A stretch of DNA of 64,000 nt from Pseudomonadota bacterium (lineage in GTDB: Bacteria > Bdellovibrionota > FAC87 > UBA2466), in contig RFNO01000117.1 of NCBI GenBank assembly GCA_009927165.1, positions 14,468-78,467 of the forward strand, given 5' to 3'. This document shows, piece by piece, positions 38,470-48,687 of this stretch. The notes under the pieces are model-generated. The model had not been told where the DNA came from and did not search any database. It saw nothing but the letters and a program-made list of their open reading frames with translations. Position 1 is the first letter of the stretch. Each line of letters begins with the position of its first letter. The position numbers and the translations under genes were made by a program.

Positions 38470-39777
38470 ATGAGAATTTGCGTTTTAGGTACAGGATACG
38501 TGGGATTAGTAGCTGGAGCCTGTTTTTCTGACTCGGGTAATCATGTTGTTTGTGCTGATATTGATCAACAAAAAATCAGTAAACTCGAGCAGGGGGAAAT
38601 TCCCATTTACGAGCCTGGCCTCGAGGAGCTAGTGATACGAAATCGAAAAGCAAAACGATTATCCTTCACTTCTGATTTGCCCACTGCCATCAGCAAAAGC
38701 CAAGTTATCTTTGTAGCTGTTGGAACTCCGACCACTGAGACGGGGGGACTCGACCTAAAATACGTGCTTGCGGCTACGAAAACTATTCGGGAGCACATCA
38801 AGTCAAACACCGTTGTGGTCCTGAAAAGCACTGTTCCGGTGGGAACTGCGGACAAAGTGAGAGAAGTTCTTAAAGGCGTTCCGCACCAAGTAGAAGTGGT
38901 GTCTAACCCCGAGTTTTTGAAAGAAGGCACCGCAGTAAATGATTTTTTTAAACCGGAAAGGGTAGTAGTAGGAGCACAATCAGAGTGGGCCAAGCAAGTT
39001 TTGGCTGATTTGTATGCGCCCTACGTTCGCTCCGGAAATCCTATTTTCTTCATGGATAATCGTTCTGCCGAGTTATCGAAATATGCCGCCAATTCATTTT
39101 TGGCGATGAAGATTTCTTTTATCAATGAAATGGCCAATCTATGTGAGCGAGTGGGCGGAAACATTCAGGACGTTCGGCGTGTTTTGGTAACTGATAGTCG
39201 AATCGGATCCAAATTTTTATATCCGGGATGCGGATATGGTGGTTCTTGTTTTCCGAAAGACGTTCAGGGGCTTATTCACTTAGGACAGGAATATGGCTTG
39301 TCTTTGGATCTTTTTAAAGCCGTGCATGCCATTAACGAAAAACAAAAATTAATTTTGCTTCAAAAAATAAAAAAGCACCTTGGTTCTGTTTTAGATGGGA
39401 AAACCGTGGCTGTTTGGGGTCTTTCTTTTAAGCCAGAAACGGATGATATGCGAGAAGCGCCTTCTGTGAGCCTTATCTCCGAACTCATTAAAATGGGATG
39501 TACAGTCAGGGCTTATGATCCAGTAGCCAATAGTGAAGCGAAACATTATTTCCAGGACAAAGTAACTTTGGTTGAGCAAGCCTATGATGCTATCAGAGGA
39601 GCTGATGTACTAGCCGTGCTGACTGAGTGGAATGAATTTCGGACTCCAGATTTTGAATTAATAAAGCGTGAACTGAAGAGCTCGGTAATCTTTGATGGAA
39701 GAAATCTTTACAACCGGCAAAGCCTAGAAAGCCAGGGCATTAAACACTACTGTATTGGACAACCGGACCCGATATGA
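38470..39777 (+). CDS. ugd: UDP-glucose 6-dehydrogenase
   Basis: GTGYVG, KSTVPVGT, NPEFLKEG, GYGGSCFPKD, FKPETDDMRE. Confidence 0.95.
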   Translation: MRICVLGTGYVGLVAGACFSDSGNHVVCADIDQQKISKLEQGEIPIYEPGLEELVIRNRKAKRLSFTSDLPTAISKSQVIFVAVGTPTTETGGLDLKYVLAATKTIREHIKSNTVVVLKSTVPVGTADKVREVLKGVPHQVEVVSNPEFLKEGTAVNDFFKPERVVVGAQSEWAKQVLADLYAPYVRSGNPIFFMDNRSAELSKYAANSFLAMKISFINEMANLCERVGGNIQDVRRVLVTDSRIGSKFLYPGCGYGGSCFPKDVQGLIHLGQEYGLSLDLFKAVHAINEKQKLILLQKIKKHLGSVLDGKTVAVWGLSFKPETDDMREAPSVSLISELIKMGCTVRAYDPVANSEAKHYFQDKVTLVEQAYDAIRGADVLAVLTEWNEFRTPDFELIKRELKSSVIFDGRNLYNRQSLESQGIKHYCIGQPDPI

Positions 39778-40721
39778 AATTTCAGCTGCCTAAGGGACGA
39801 TATTTAGTATCTGGAGGTGCAGGATTTATTGGCTCCCATCTTTCCGAAGTATTAATTGAAAATGGCTGCGAAGTAGTTGTGGTTGATAACTTCATCACGG
39901 GTCGTCCACAAAACATCAAGTCTTTGTTGGGAAGAAGAAGTTTTTCTCTTGTGGAACAGGACCTGGTTTCTCCTCTGAAAATTTCTGGTCAACTTGCCGG
40001 TATTTTTCATTTAGCTAGTCCAGCGAGCCCAGTTGATTATGCGAAGTTTCCCATCGAAACACTGCATGTGGGGGCAATAGGCAGTGATAATATTTTAAAG
40101 TTAGCACAAGAAAAAGATTGTCCAATTTTGGTTGCCTCAACCTCGGAAGTGTACGGCGATCCTCTCCAGCATCCGCAACAGGAAACCTATTGGGGTAATG
40201 TGAACCCAATCGGACCGAGAGGATGTTACGATGAATCTAAGCGTTACATGGAAGCCCTTACGATGGCGTATCGAAGAGTACACCACGTGAGAACCCGTAT
40301 TGCTCGGATTTTTAATACCTATGGGCCTCGCATGAGACCCGATGACGGAAGGGTAGTTCCCAATTTTTGTAAGCAGGCTCTTGCGAATGAGCCGGTGACC
40401 GTCTTTGGCGATGGAATGCAGACTCGAAGCTTTTGTTTTGTAGATGATTTAGTTGGTGGGTTGGTTCAGTTGATGGGTTCCGATCATGCAGAGCCAATCA
40501 ATTTGGGCAATCCCCAAGAAATGACGATTAATCAATTTGCTGAGAAAATTATTCGTTTCTGCAAAAGCCAGTCAAAAATTCAATATCTGCCTTTACCGCA
40601 AGATGATCCGAAGACACGTTGTCCTGATATTACGTTGGCCAAGAGCATCCTGCATTGGGAACCTAGAGTCGACTTGGATTTGGGCCTTGAAAAGACTGTC
40701 GAATATTTTCGAACTCATTAG
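39774..40721 (+). CDS. uxs: UDP-glucuronate decarboxylase (UDP-xylose synthase)
   Basis: GGAGFIGSH, ASPASP, STSEVYGDP, YDESK, RIFNTYGPRM. Confidence 0.9.
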   Translation: MKFQLPKGRYLVSGGAGFIGSHLSEVLIENGCEVVVVDNFITGRPQNIKSLLGRRSFSLVEQDLVSPLKISGQLAGIFHLASPASPVDYAKFPIETLHVGAIGSDNILKLAQEKDCPILVASTSEVYGDPLQHPQQETYWGNVNPIGPRGCYDESKRYMEALTMAYRRVHHVRTRIARIFNTYGPRMRPDDGRVVPNFCKQALANEPVTVFGDGMQTRSFCFVDDLVGGLVQLMGSDHAEPINLGNPQEMTINQFAEKIIRFCKSQSKIQYLPLPQDDPKTRCPDITLAKSILHWEPRVDLDLGLEKTVEYFRTH

Positions 40722-40873
40722 CATTCAAGCCTAGTTCCTGCACCGTGTTTAAAAACAGACCGCACCGCAACACTGAAATAAAAAGTGTTTGCATTGTTAC
40801 TACCCGTTCATCGATGTATACTTATCTTGTCCCTATCAAGTGTGCTTCCAAACTAATAATTTTCGGAAAAAAA

Positions 40874-41344
40874 ATGGATAAGAGAAAATCACCCGGCAAG
40901 GGCGGAAAAGAACGTATTATTGATTTGAATTCTTATCGCAAGAATAAAAATGAAGAACGTCGTCGTGAATACGAGCGCGTGTTGTTCAATCGAGTCTTGG
41001 GGGTTTATAGCTTTGCAGAAAAAGGTTCTTTGACCCACGTAGAAGTTCTCGATATCAGTTTTTCCGGTTTGAGATTTAGAGAAGACCGTCCCGAAATGCC
41101 ATTTAAGGCTAACCAAAAGATAGCTTTGCGTTTTTATTTTACTCCTCAAACGTATCTTCGCTTGGTTATGGAAGTTAAACGGGTTATTCCCTTTGATGAA
41201 AATGGGAGAGCGGGCTTAGAGTACGGGTGTGAAATAGACAAAGAAACCAAGTCGTACGAAGTCATTAATCAATTGGTAAATTTTATGTACAAGTATGCAG
41301 AAGTAGCTTGCCACGATAATCATCCACCTATGATCTGGTTCTAA
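40874..41344 (+). CDS. Stand-alone PilZ domain protein
   Basis: Intact c-di-GMP motifs RxxxR (REYER) and DxSxxG (DISFSG). Confidence 0.8.
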   Translation: MDKRKSPGKGGKERIIDLNSYRKNKNEERRREYERVLFNRVLGVYSFAEKGSLTHVEVLDISFSGLRFREDRPEMPFKANQKIALRFYFTPQTYLRLVMEVKRVIPFDENGRAGLEYGCEIDKETKSYEVINQLVNFMYKYAEVACHDNHPPMIWF

Positions 41345-41349
41345 ACTAG

Positions 41350-41904
41350 CTATTCTTTCCCAGGCCAGGGAATCGAAGTGCCAAAACTGATGCCCTTGCA
41401 ATAAGGGTAAAGAAACATTCCCAATCGCTGAAATTCATCGATCGATAATCCTTCCGCTGGCAAAGAGACTTCGACTGAAAAATCATCTCGAATAGGTAAC
41501 TGAAGGACGCGCTTCTTTGAATTAGTTGTGATTCTGTCCTCGTTGGGAGGGGTAACGTTTTTCTGATGAATTTTTCTTTCCCAGCCAAAGGGATCAGAGC
41601 TCCAAGCACGGTAATCTTCGAGTGAGCAGCGGATTAAATCTTTTTTTTCCTCGCGAGTGAAACAACTTAAGCTCTGCTCTGAATGAGCTTCTCTAGCTAA
41701 AAGCGAATCGAGATTAGCCAACATGTAATCTACATGGTCCTCTTCCTCGAGAATATGTCTGAAAAAGCTCTGACATGCCGACACCTTTGATTCCACACTG
41801 GTAGCATCGATCATGGTTTCGCGAGAAGCAAATTGCAGAAATTTTATGACTTCTTCGGTGTCCCTGATCAGCGACATTTGCTTACCGCCGGGGATTACTT
41901 TCAT
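41350..41904 (-). CDS. Hypothetical protein
   Basis: ORF following the HAD gene; start uncertain (41949 or 41904); no family assigned. Confidence 0.6.
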   Translation of the reverse strand: MKVIPGGKQMSLIRDTEEVIKFLQFASRETMIDATSVESKVSACQSFFRHILEEEDHVDYMLANLDSLLAREAHSEQSLSCFTREEKKDLIRCSLEDYRAWSSDPFGWERKIHQKNVTPPNEDRITTNSKKRVLQLPIRDDFSVEVSLPAEGLSIDEFQRLGMFLYPYCKGISFGTSIPWPGKE

Positions 41905-41927
41905 TCTGCTTTTATTTCGACCCCTGC

Positions 41928-42725
41928 TCACGGCATACCTTTCTGACAAAGGTGCTGGACGAGTTCTTGAAAACCGCGTCCCCCAGCGCTCGGAGTTATG
42001 TATCGAGGATGTTGTTTCATGATTGGCAGGTACTTCTGAACATTCGCTACTCCAACACTGAGATCAAAAAAACCAAAAAGAGGTTCGTCGTTGGGAGAGT
42101 CGCCAGAATAAACTACCGTTTGCTGACTCGCGCCATATTCTTTGCCAAATTGATTCAAAAGATATTGGCAAGCGGTTAATTTGGTGTGTTTTCCAACCCA
42201 ATAGTTGATATGAATCGAACTCAATTTTGCGGTCACTCGGCTGTCATGAGCGAGGAAGCTTAATATCCAGTTTACTTGTTCCTCTGATAAGCGCGGAGGC
42301 TCCTCCTGAAAATCAATAGCATAATCAAAAAGTCGGTAGGGCTGGTCAGTAGCCAGTTTTGCTTCAGGAATGTTTTGCTTAATATGATCAAAGCAATCCT
42401 GAAGAATCTTTTTTTGGCTTTGCAGGTCCGTATTCGAAGCCAAGCAGTGGGTACGCACGCGGTCCTTATCTCGCCACATTAGTCCAGCACCATTTTCAAA
42501 AATCATAGCGTCGAGGGGTACTAAGCGCATGATTGAATCAGCCCAGCCCGCTGGTCGTCCCGAAACAATAACTAACCAAAGTCCTTGTCGTTTCAATTGG
42601 TGGAGAGCTTCCAGCGTGTCCGGCAAAAGAAGAGATTCGTCAGTCAAAGTGTCATCAAGATCAGAAAAAACGCCTCGAACGGTGTGAGCAGGTAGTTTCG
42701 GCAAATTCATTGGTTGAGATTGCAT
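41928..42725 (-). CDS. HAD-IIB family hydrolase
   Basis: DLDDT, SGR, ENGA, GDSPND. Confidence 0.9.
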   Translation of the reverse strand: MQSQPMNLPKLPAHTVRGVFSDLDDTLTDESLLLPDTLEALHQLKRQGLWLVIVSGRPAGWADSIMRLVPLDAMIFENGAGLMWRDKDRVRTHCLASNTDLQSQKKILQDCFDHIKQNIPEAKLATDQPYRLFDYAIDFQEEPPRLSEEQVNWILSFLAHDSRVTAKLSSIHINYWVGKHTKLTACQYLLNQFGKEYGASQQTVVYSGDSPNDEPLFGFFDLSVGVANVQKYLPIMKQHPRYITPSAGGRGFQELVQHLCQKGMP

Positions 42726-42726
42726 A

Positions 42727-43623
42727 TTAGCTTTTAGATAAGAGGTATTGTTTTAATTTTCTCGGGTAATCGGTAATGATGCCATCGACCCCTAGTTGCA
42801 GAGCACGATTCCAATCAGTTTCATCATTCAAAGTATAGGGATGAACTTCAATACCCAGGGCATGGCATTCTTTGACCATGTCTGATGTTAACCAAGAAAA
42901 CTGGGGTGATGCAATGTTGGCTCCGAGATTCTTTGTCGTTGTACAAATATCAGAGGGGCTGGCGAATAAAGCAGAGAGACGCAGATGCGGAGCTAGGGTT
43001 TTCGCCCAACGCAGAGTTCGGAAGTCGAAGCTTTGGAGAACGGAACGTTCAATCATGCCATACTTTTTGAGGAGGTTTATTACAGAACCGGTAAAAGCTT
43101 TAGGGGGGAGTTCCAGCGTTTGTTTGGCCGGAATCATTTTGGTTTCAATGTTCAGATGAACGGTATTGTTTTGTGTTTGCTTTAACCAGACCAAAACTTC
43201 TTCGAGGGTAGGAATCGAAGAGTTGGGAACTGATTGTTGTTCTGGAAACTGAGGGTTGGGGACACTTCCACAATCGAAACTTTTAATTTGTTTTAAGGTC
43301 AGACTTCTGACAGGAATGATTTTCAGGAGGGGTTTTTTGTTGGAGTCCAAACACAAGTCTGCCGAAATGACCGGCTCATGAGATAAGACTGGAATTCCTT
43401 CTTTTGAGAGGGTGAGGTCAAGCTCCAAAAAAGTAATATCAGCATTTGCTGCCTCTGAAAGAGCAGCAATAGTGTTTTCGGGGTGTGTTCCCCTTGAGCC
43501 CCGATGTCCGTGTATGGAAAGCTGTAAATTATTGTGCTTGCTGTTGTGAACCAAGGTACTGGGGGAGGATTGGCATCCCACAGTGGTCCATAGGATAAAA
43601 GCTAAAGTAAGATAAAAACTCAA
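42727..43623 (-). CDS. Glycerophosphodiester phosphodiesterase (probable lipoprotein)
   Basis: HRG, PENT, ELD, IETK, QSF, ITDYP; lipobox-like TVGC. Confidence 0.9.
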   Translation of the reverse strand: MSFYLTLAFILWTTVGCQSSPSTLVHNSKHNNLQLSIHGHRGSRGTHPENTIAALSEAANADITFLELDLTLSKEGIPVLSHEPVISADLCLDSNKKPLLKIIPVRSLTLKQIKSFDCGSVPNPQFPEQQSVPNSSIPTLEEVLVWLKQTQNNTVHLNIETKMIPAKQTLELPPKAFTGSVINLLKKYGMIERSVLQSFDFRTLRWAKTLAPHLRLSALFASPSDICTTTKNLGANIASPQFSWLTSDMVKECHALGIEVHPYTLNDETDWNRALQLGVDGIITDYPRKLKQYLLSKS

Positions 43624-44339
43624 AGGAAGTCCTGCGAAGCAGAGGGTTTCGAAGTTTTAGATCGGAAGTGAGCTGAGTCTTTTAAGTCACTCGTGGAAGC
43701 TGCCACTCCAGAAAAAATCTGCTCAATAATTTGTCGTATAAACGTGTCTTTCTGAAAAGCAAAAAGGTGACCCCTTCCTGAAGAATCAAAGAGTTTGTGA
43801 CACCCCAACAGAAGTCCCCACAGTAAAAAAACAGTTCGAAGCGCCTCATCTTCATCTTTAGCTTTAAAGAATGGGGAATCCTGAACAAAAGTTTTTAATC
43901 GGTCCAAACTGGAAAGGGTGACACTCATGAGCCGAGTCAGGGTAGTTGCCTGAATTTGTACTTCTTTCATGCCTTTGTAGGAATAAAGGAGCATATCGAA
44001 ATATTCTCCATAGAGGCCGTAGAAAGCAAAGAACGATTCTGCCACTTCAACGAGTGAATCAGTAACTTGGGATCGATTTTTTGCTGATTTGGCTTTCTTA
44101 ATGAGCGTTTCAAGGCGCTTGTCGTACTGTTCAGCTCCTTTCAGGGCCAGGGAAGCAAAAATATCCTCTTTCGATAAAAAATACCGATAAATCAACCCGA
44201 CGCTGATTTCTGCTTCTTTGGCGACATCCTGAAGGGGGGTATTTAAAAAGCCTTTTCTTTCAAATATCTGGCGAGCAGCTTCAAGAATATCATTAGTCCG
44301 CTGACTTTTTTCGCGCGCTTTTCGTTCCTTGATTCCCAT
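43620..44339 (-). CDS. TetR/AcrR family regulator
   Basis: N-terminal HTH ILEAA...GLIYRYF.SKE. Confidence 0.9.
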   Translation of the reverse strand: MGIKERKAREKSQRTNDILEAARQIFERKGFLNTPLQDVAKEAEISVGLIYRYFLSKEDIFASLALKGAEQYDKRLETLIKKAKSAKNRSQVTDSLVEVAESFFAFYGLYGEYFDMLLYSYKGMKEVQIQATTLTRLMSVTLSSLDRLKTFVQDSPFFKAKDEDEALRTVFLLWGLLLGCHKLFDSSGRGHLFAFQKDTFIRQIIEQIFSGVAASTSDLKDSAHFRSKTSKPSASQDFL

Positions 44340-44442
44340 TTTTCCCTCGCTATGCCTAACCCAAATGTGATAAAGGGGCGCCTCAGTCTCGTACAGGACT
44401 GGGTTTCTGGCAAGTTCTCATGGGCGAAAAAAACCCAGAGAG

Positions 44443-44473
44443 TGAATGCCATTCAAAAATAAAATGGAATTCA
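44443..44473. promoter_or_regulatory. Inverted repeat, candidate TetR operator
   Basis: TGAATGCCATT-N9-AATGGAATTCA, containing the palindrome TGAATG-C-CATTCA, in the divergent tetR/spt intergenic region. Confidence 0.5.
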
Positions 44474-44575
44474 GTAACAGCTTGAATTGACAGGACTTTC
44501 CATTTGTAAGATTCTATATGGGGCTGAGCGTTAATTAGGGGCAGCCGGTGGATGATGAAAATGAGCTAAGGGGAG

Positions 44576-45937
44576 ATGATGGAAGATCAAATGGTTGAAA
44601 ATACTCAAGCTAAAACGGCCACCCAGCCGACGACTGCCGAAAGCAAAGATATTTTTCAAAAGTGCGCTGCTTTTGAAGAAGCAAATCGTGTTCGCCAAAT
44701 GGGCGTTTATCCCTATTTTCGCTCCATTGAAGAAACCCGTGGTAACGAAGTAGTCTGCCAGGGAAAAAACAAAATCATGATTGGCTCGAATAACTACTTG
44801 GGCTTGGCCCAAGACCGTCGAGTCATTGAAGCGGCTTGCGACGCGGCCAAAAAATACGGTTCTGGTTGTACTGGCTCGCGATTTTTAAATGGAAACATCC
44901 GCCTTCATGAACAACTGGAAGAGGAGCTTGCAAACTTTCTTCAGAAAGAAGCCGTTCTTCTTTTTTCGACTGGATTTTTCGCCAATCAGGGTGCTTTAGC
45001 GACTCTTCTAGAAGAAGGCGATGCCATACTTTGCGACCGCGAAAATCATGCGAGTATTTTGGATGGGTGTCGTCAATCCGCAGCTAAGACTATTCCTTTT
45101 GCGCACAACTCAGCAGATGCCCTTCGGAGAAGGCTTGCTCGCCTTCCTAATACAGCTGGCAAATTACTTATCGTAGATGGCGTGTTTAGTATGTCAGGAG
45201 ATATTGTGGACCTTCCTGCGATGACAAAAGTCGCAAAAGAGTATGGTTGCCGCATTTACGTGGATGAGGCCCATGCTTTGGGAGTACTGGGCCCAAAAGG
45301 CGAAGGAACAGTTCATCATTTTGGAATGAACCAAGACGTTGATTTAGTGATGGGAACCTTCTCAAAGAGTCTCGGTTCGATGGGTGGGTTTGTAGCAGGC
45401 CCCGAATATGTGATTGATTATTTAAGACACAAAGCTCGATGTTTTATGTTTACTGCATCCCTGGCCCCAGCGGTTGCTGGAGGAGTTCTAAAGGCTTTGC
45501 AGATTCTGAGAAGTGAGCCGGAGTTGATGGAGCCGCTTTGGAAGAATACAAGAAAAATGCATGAAGGCTTTAAGAGTTTAGGATTTCGAATTGGTACCAC
45601 TCAGACTCCGATTGTGCCTATTCTGATTGGTAGCGAAGTAAAAGCTTTTATGTTTGCGCAAAAGCTTTACGAAGCGGGTATTTTTGCAACTCCCGCTGTG
45701 TTCCCCGCCGTTAGGTATGGCGAAGCCATCATTCGCACAAGCTACATGTCAACTCACACCGACCAAGAACTCGATTATGTTCTGGAGACTTTTGGACGAC
45801 TGGGTAAAGAGATGGGAATCTTTGACGACGAGGCCTATACGGGAGGCACAAAACGAAATGGTTACGATTTTAGCAGTGCAAACCAACAAGATGATGAAGT
45901 TGTTCGAGGAGCTACCCGAGAAACTTCATCAAACTAA
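44576..45937 (+). CDS. spt: Serine palmitoyltransferase (alpha-oxoamine synthase family)
   Basis: YPYFR, GSNNYLGL, GSRFLNG, DRENHAS, DEAH and GTFSKS (PLP Lys); followed by GNAT and SDR genes. Confidence 0.8.
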   Translation: MMEDQMVENTQAKTATQPTTAESKDIFQKCAAFEEANRVRQMGVYPYFRSIEETRGNEVVCQGKNKIMIGSNNYLGLAQDRRVIEAACDAAKKYGSGCTGSRFLNGNIRLHEQLEEELANFLQKEAVLLFSTGFFANQGALATLLEEGDAILCDRENHASILDGCRQSAAKTIPFAHNSADALRRRLARLPNTAGKLLIVDGVFSMSGDIVDLPAMTKVAKEYGCRIYVDEAHALGVLGPKGEGTVHHFGMNQDVDLVMGTFSKSLGSMGGFVAGPEYVIDYLRHKARCFMFTASLAPAVAGGVLKALQILRSEPELMEPLWKNTRKMHEGFKSLGFRIGTTQTPIVPILIGSEVKAFMFAQKLYEAGIFATPAVFPAVRYGEAIIRTSYMSTHTDQELDYVLETFGRLGKEMGIFDDEAYTGGTKRNGYDFSSANQQDDEVVRGATRETSSN

Positions 45938-46970
45938 TCCTCATCTCGTTCCTCCTTTTCCGGGCAGTGTCGCTAAACTTCTAGGTCCGAAAGCTCCTTT
46001 TGCGAAGCGGGGTCGAGTTTCTCTTTTTATTGCTTACAAAAATGGTGAGCCAGCAGGGCGAATTGCGGCCATAGTGAATCGTGCTCACAATGAGTTTTAT
46101 CAGGATCGAGTCGGATTTTTCGGGTTTTTTGATTTTATAAATGATGTCGAAGTAGCTAGTCTTTTATTGAAAACTGCAGAGGACGAGCTAAAAAAACAAG
46201 GGTTACACTCAGCTCGGGGACCTTACAATCCCAGTATCAACGATGAGTGTGGACTCCTGGTTGAGGGTTTTAATTCGCCTCCCATGGTCATGATGCCCTT
46301 TAATCCCGATTATTATCAGGCTATTTACGAAAAATTGGGACTCCAGTCAGTACGAAACCTCTATGCCTATTATTTGTCAGCCGATGTCCAGGTCCCGGAA
46401 AAAATAAATCGTGTTGTGGAAAGAGTAAAAAAACGAAGTGGAATCGTTTTTCGCAATCTGCGTCTCAAAGAGCTCAACGAGGAATTAAAGATCATACAAG
46501 AGTTATACAATAGTACCTTAAAACGCAATTGGGGGTTCGTGCCAGTGGGCTACGAGGAACTTCAATTTGCAAGTGCTGATTTAAAGCAGATTGTTCAACC
46601 AGAATTTGTGATGATTGCAGAAAAAGAAGGGACAGCGATTGGTTTCTCAATGCTTCTTCCCAACATTAATGAGTTTATGTTGAAGGCCAGAAAACATCGA
46701 GGCCTGATGCGTGTGCTGAGTTTTGTATGGTCATTAAAAACAAAGAGCACTAAAGAGGCAAGGCTGGCAGTGTTAGGGGTAAAGCCAGAGTTTGAAAACT
46801 TAGGAATTCCCGCCGTCTTTTATTTTGAAAGCATTCAAAGAGGAAGAAAAAAGTTGATCGGCGGGGAGTTGTCGTGGATCGAAGAAAGTAATCTACCAAT
46901 GATGAGAAGCTTAGAGCTTATGGGGGCTTCCCGCTATAAAACTTATCGGATCTACGAGAAAACACTATGA
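45858..46970 (+). CDS. GNAT-fold N-acyltransferase, bacterial ceramide synthase-like
   Basis: GRIAA, GFFGFF, GLLVEGF, PFNPDYY, NWGFVP, SWIEESN; GGAGG RBS before ATG 45858. Confidence 0.75.
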   Translation: MVTILAVQTNKMMKLFEELPEKLHQTNPHLVPPFPGSVAKLLGPKAPFAKRGRVSLFIAYKNGEPAGRIAAIVNRAHNEFYQDRVGFFGFFDFINDVEVASLLLKTAEDELKKQGLHSARGPYNPSINDECGLLVEGFNSPPMVMMPFNPDYYQAIYEKLGLQSVRNLYAYYLSADVQVPEKINRVVERVKKRSGIVFRNLRLKELNEELKIIQELYNSTLKRNWGFVPVGYEELQFASADLKQIVQPEFVMIAEKEGTAIGFSMLLPNINEFMLKARKHRGLMRVLSFVWSLKTKSTKEARLAVLGVKPEFENLGIPAVFYFESIQRGRKKLIGGELSWIEESNLPMMRSLELMGASRYKTYRIYEKTL

Positions 46971-47971
46971 AGATTTTGATCACAGGAGCTAGCGGATTTG
47001 TTGGGAGAAACCTGTTGTTACGTGTGGCCTCTGACCCGTCCTACAGCGAGATAATTATCCCCATTAGAAACCGAGATAAATTAAAGAAGCAAGGTTTAAT
47101 GGATGGTCTTGATTTCAAAAGTTCAAGATTTCGAATTGTTGAGACAGCGGCCCCCCAATGGGAAAATCTCCAAGATGTGAAAGTAGACCATCTGATCCAT
47201 TGTGCAGGTCTTCTTTTTGCGCGGGAAAAGAGAGAATTTTTAGAAACAAATGTAAATGGAACATTAAATTTGTTTAGAAATACAAGTTTTGAGCGAGCAA
47301 TCGTTCTTTCTTCCCAAGCGGCGAGCGGGCCTTGTGAGCCAGGGCAAGTTGCTAAAACCGAACGTGATGGAAATGTGCCAGTAACCTGGTATGGGCGCTC
47401 CAAACTTGAAATGGAAAAGCGCCTCCAAAAAGAATTCGGGAATCGTAATTATGTGTGCTTGCGTCCGCCCATCATTTTGGGAGCGCGTGATTCAGCTACT
47501 TTACCATTATTTAAAATGGTTAAAGGGAGAATTTTATTTAAACCAGGATTGAAACTTAAATATTATAGCTATATTGCGGTGAATGACCTGGTTGATGCAA
47601 TTCTAAAAACACTCAAGGCTCCGTTAAGCTACAGTGAACTCTCATTGAAAGAGTATTTTGTTGCCTGTGATGAAGTGATTACTGACGAGGCACTTATCAC
47701 AACGGCTGCTTTAGCTGCGGATAAAAGGGGAGTGCTACTGAGAGTGCCCCAAACTCTTTTAAAGGGTATTGCTAAAGCAGTGGACGCAGTTCCATCGTGG
47801 CGAGAAGCAATTCCTTCGTTAAGTGGGGATCGAGCTCAGGAAATCTGGCCCGATCGGTGGGTAGTGTCTTCGCAGAAATTTGCAGAGCAATTCGCTTGGA
47901 AATCATCGCCTGATCTTCTTCAGACTCTGAAGGAAACTCATAACTGGTACAAAGAAACAGGCCAGATATAG
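46967..47971 (+). CDS. NAD-dependent epimerase/dehydratase, ceramide reductase (CerR)-like
   Basis: TGASGFVG, SSQAA and YGRSK; ATGA-coupled to the GNAT gene. Confidence 0.7.
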   Translation: MKILITGASGFVGRNLLLRVASDPSYSEIIIPIRNRDKLKKQGLMDGLDFKSSRFRIVETAAPQWENLQDVKVDHLIHCAGLLFAREKREFLETNVNGTLNLFRNTSFERAIVLSSQAASGPCEPGQVAKTERDGNVPVTWYGRSKLEMEKRLQKEFGNRNYVCLRPPIILGARDSATLPLFKMVKGRILFKPGLKLKYYSYIAVNDLVDAILKTLKAPLSYSELSLKEYFVACDEVITDEALITTAALAADKRGVLLRVPQTLLKGIAKAVDAVPSWREAIPSLSGDRAQEIWPDRWVVSSQKFAEQFAWKSSPDLLQTLKETHNWYKETGQI

Positions 47972-48003
47972 CTTCTTTCTTTCAGTTTGTTAGAATAGAA
48001 AAC

Positions 48004-48687
48004 ATGTCACTTTTAGAAGAGATTTTAACTGGCCGCACCGACTCCCACACAGAAGTATTTTCGGGAGGGCATCGAGTTCACCAAAAAGTAGTTCAGCCTC
48101 TCACCAAATTAAAAAATGCCGCAGCTAAAGCAGGGTTCGACTTGGCTATTTGTAGCGGTTTTAGAAGTTTTGATCGGCAGTTGATGATTTGGAATGAGAA
48201 AGTGAGTGGAAAACGCCCAGTTCCGGATTCCCAGGGTAGGGGGGTGAACGTGTCGGAACAGCCGCCTCAGGTGCTGATTGATCTGATCCTTCGCTGGTCG
48301 GCTTTGCCTGGAGCTAGTCGGCATCATTGGGGAACAGATTTTGACGTGATTGATCAGTCTCGACTTCAACCCGGGCAGAATTTTCAGCTTATTCCCCAAG
48401 AGTTTGAAAAAGGAGCTCTCTTTGGTGACCTCCACGAATGGCTGGATACAAACATGGATATTTTTGGATTTTTTAGACCTTACGAAAGTGACCGTGGAGG
48501 GGTAAGTCCTGAGCGTTGGCATTTAAGTTATGCGCCTCTAGCAAGTGACTATTTAAGCAAACATACTTTGGGGCAACTGACGAAAGCTTTGAATACGAGT
48601 TCTATGCTCTTAAAAAAAGAAGTCCTGTTGCAGTTACCGGAAATTTGGAAAAGATTTGTTATCAATACTGATCCCCCAAGAATATAA
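48004..48687 (+). CDS. M15 family D-Ala-D-Ala carboxypeptidase (VanY-like)
   Basis: SGFRSFDRQ, SRHHWGTDFD, ERWH. Confidence 0.9.
   Translation: MSLLEEILTGRTDSHTEVFSGGHRVHQKVVQPLTKLKNAAAKAGFDLAICSGFRSFDRQLMIWNEKVSGKRPVPDSQGRGVNVSEQPPQVLIDLILRWSALPGASRHHWGTDFDVIDQSRLQPGQNFQLIPQEFEKGALFGDLHEWLDTNMDIFGFFRPYESDRGGVSPERWHLSYAPLASDYLSKHTLGQLTKALNTSSMLLKKEVLLQLPEIWKRFVINTDPPRI

Noticed and set aside
45654-45857. Long N-terminal extension of the GNAT ORF suggesting a frameshift fusion with spt
   Set aside because: A GGAGG-preceded ATG at 45858 gives a normal-length protein, so no frameshift is needed.
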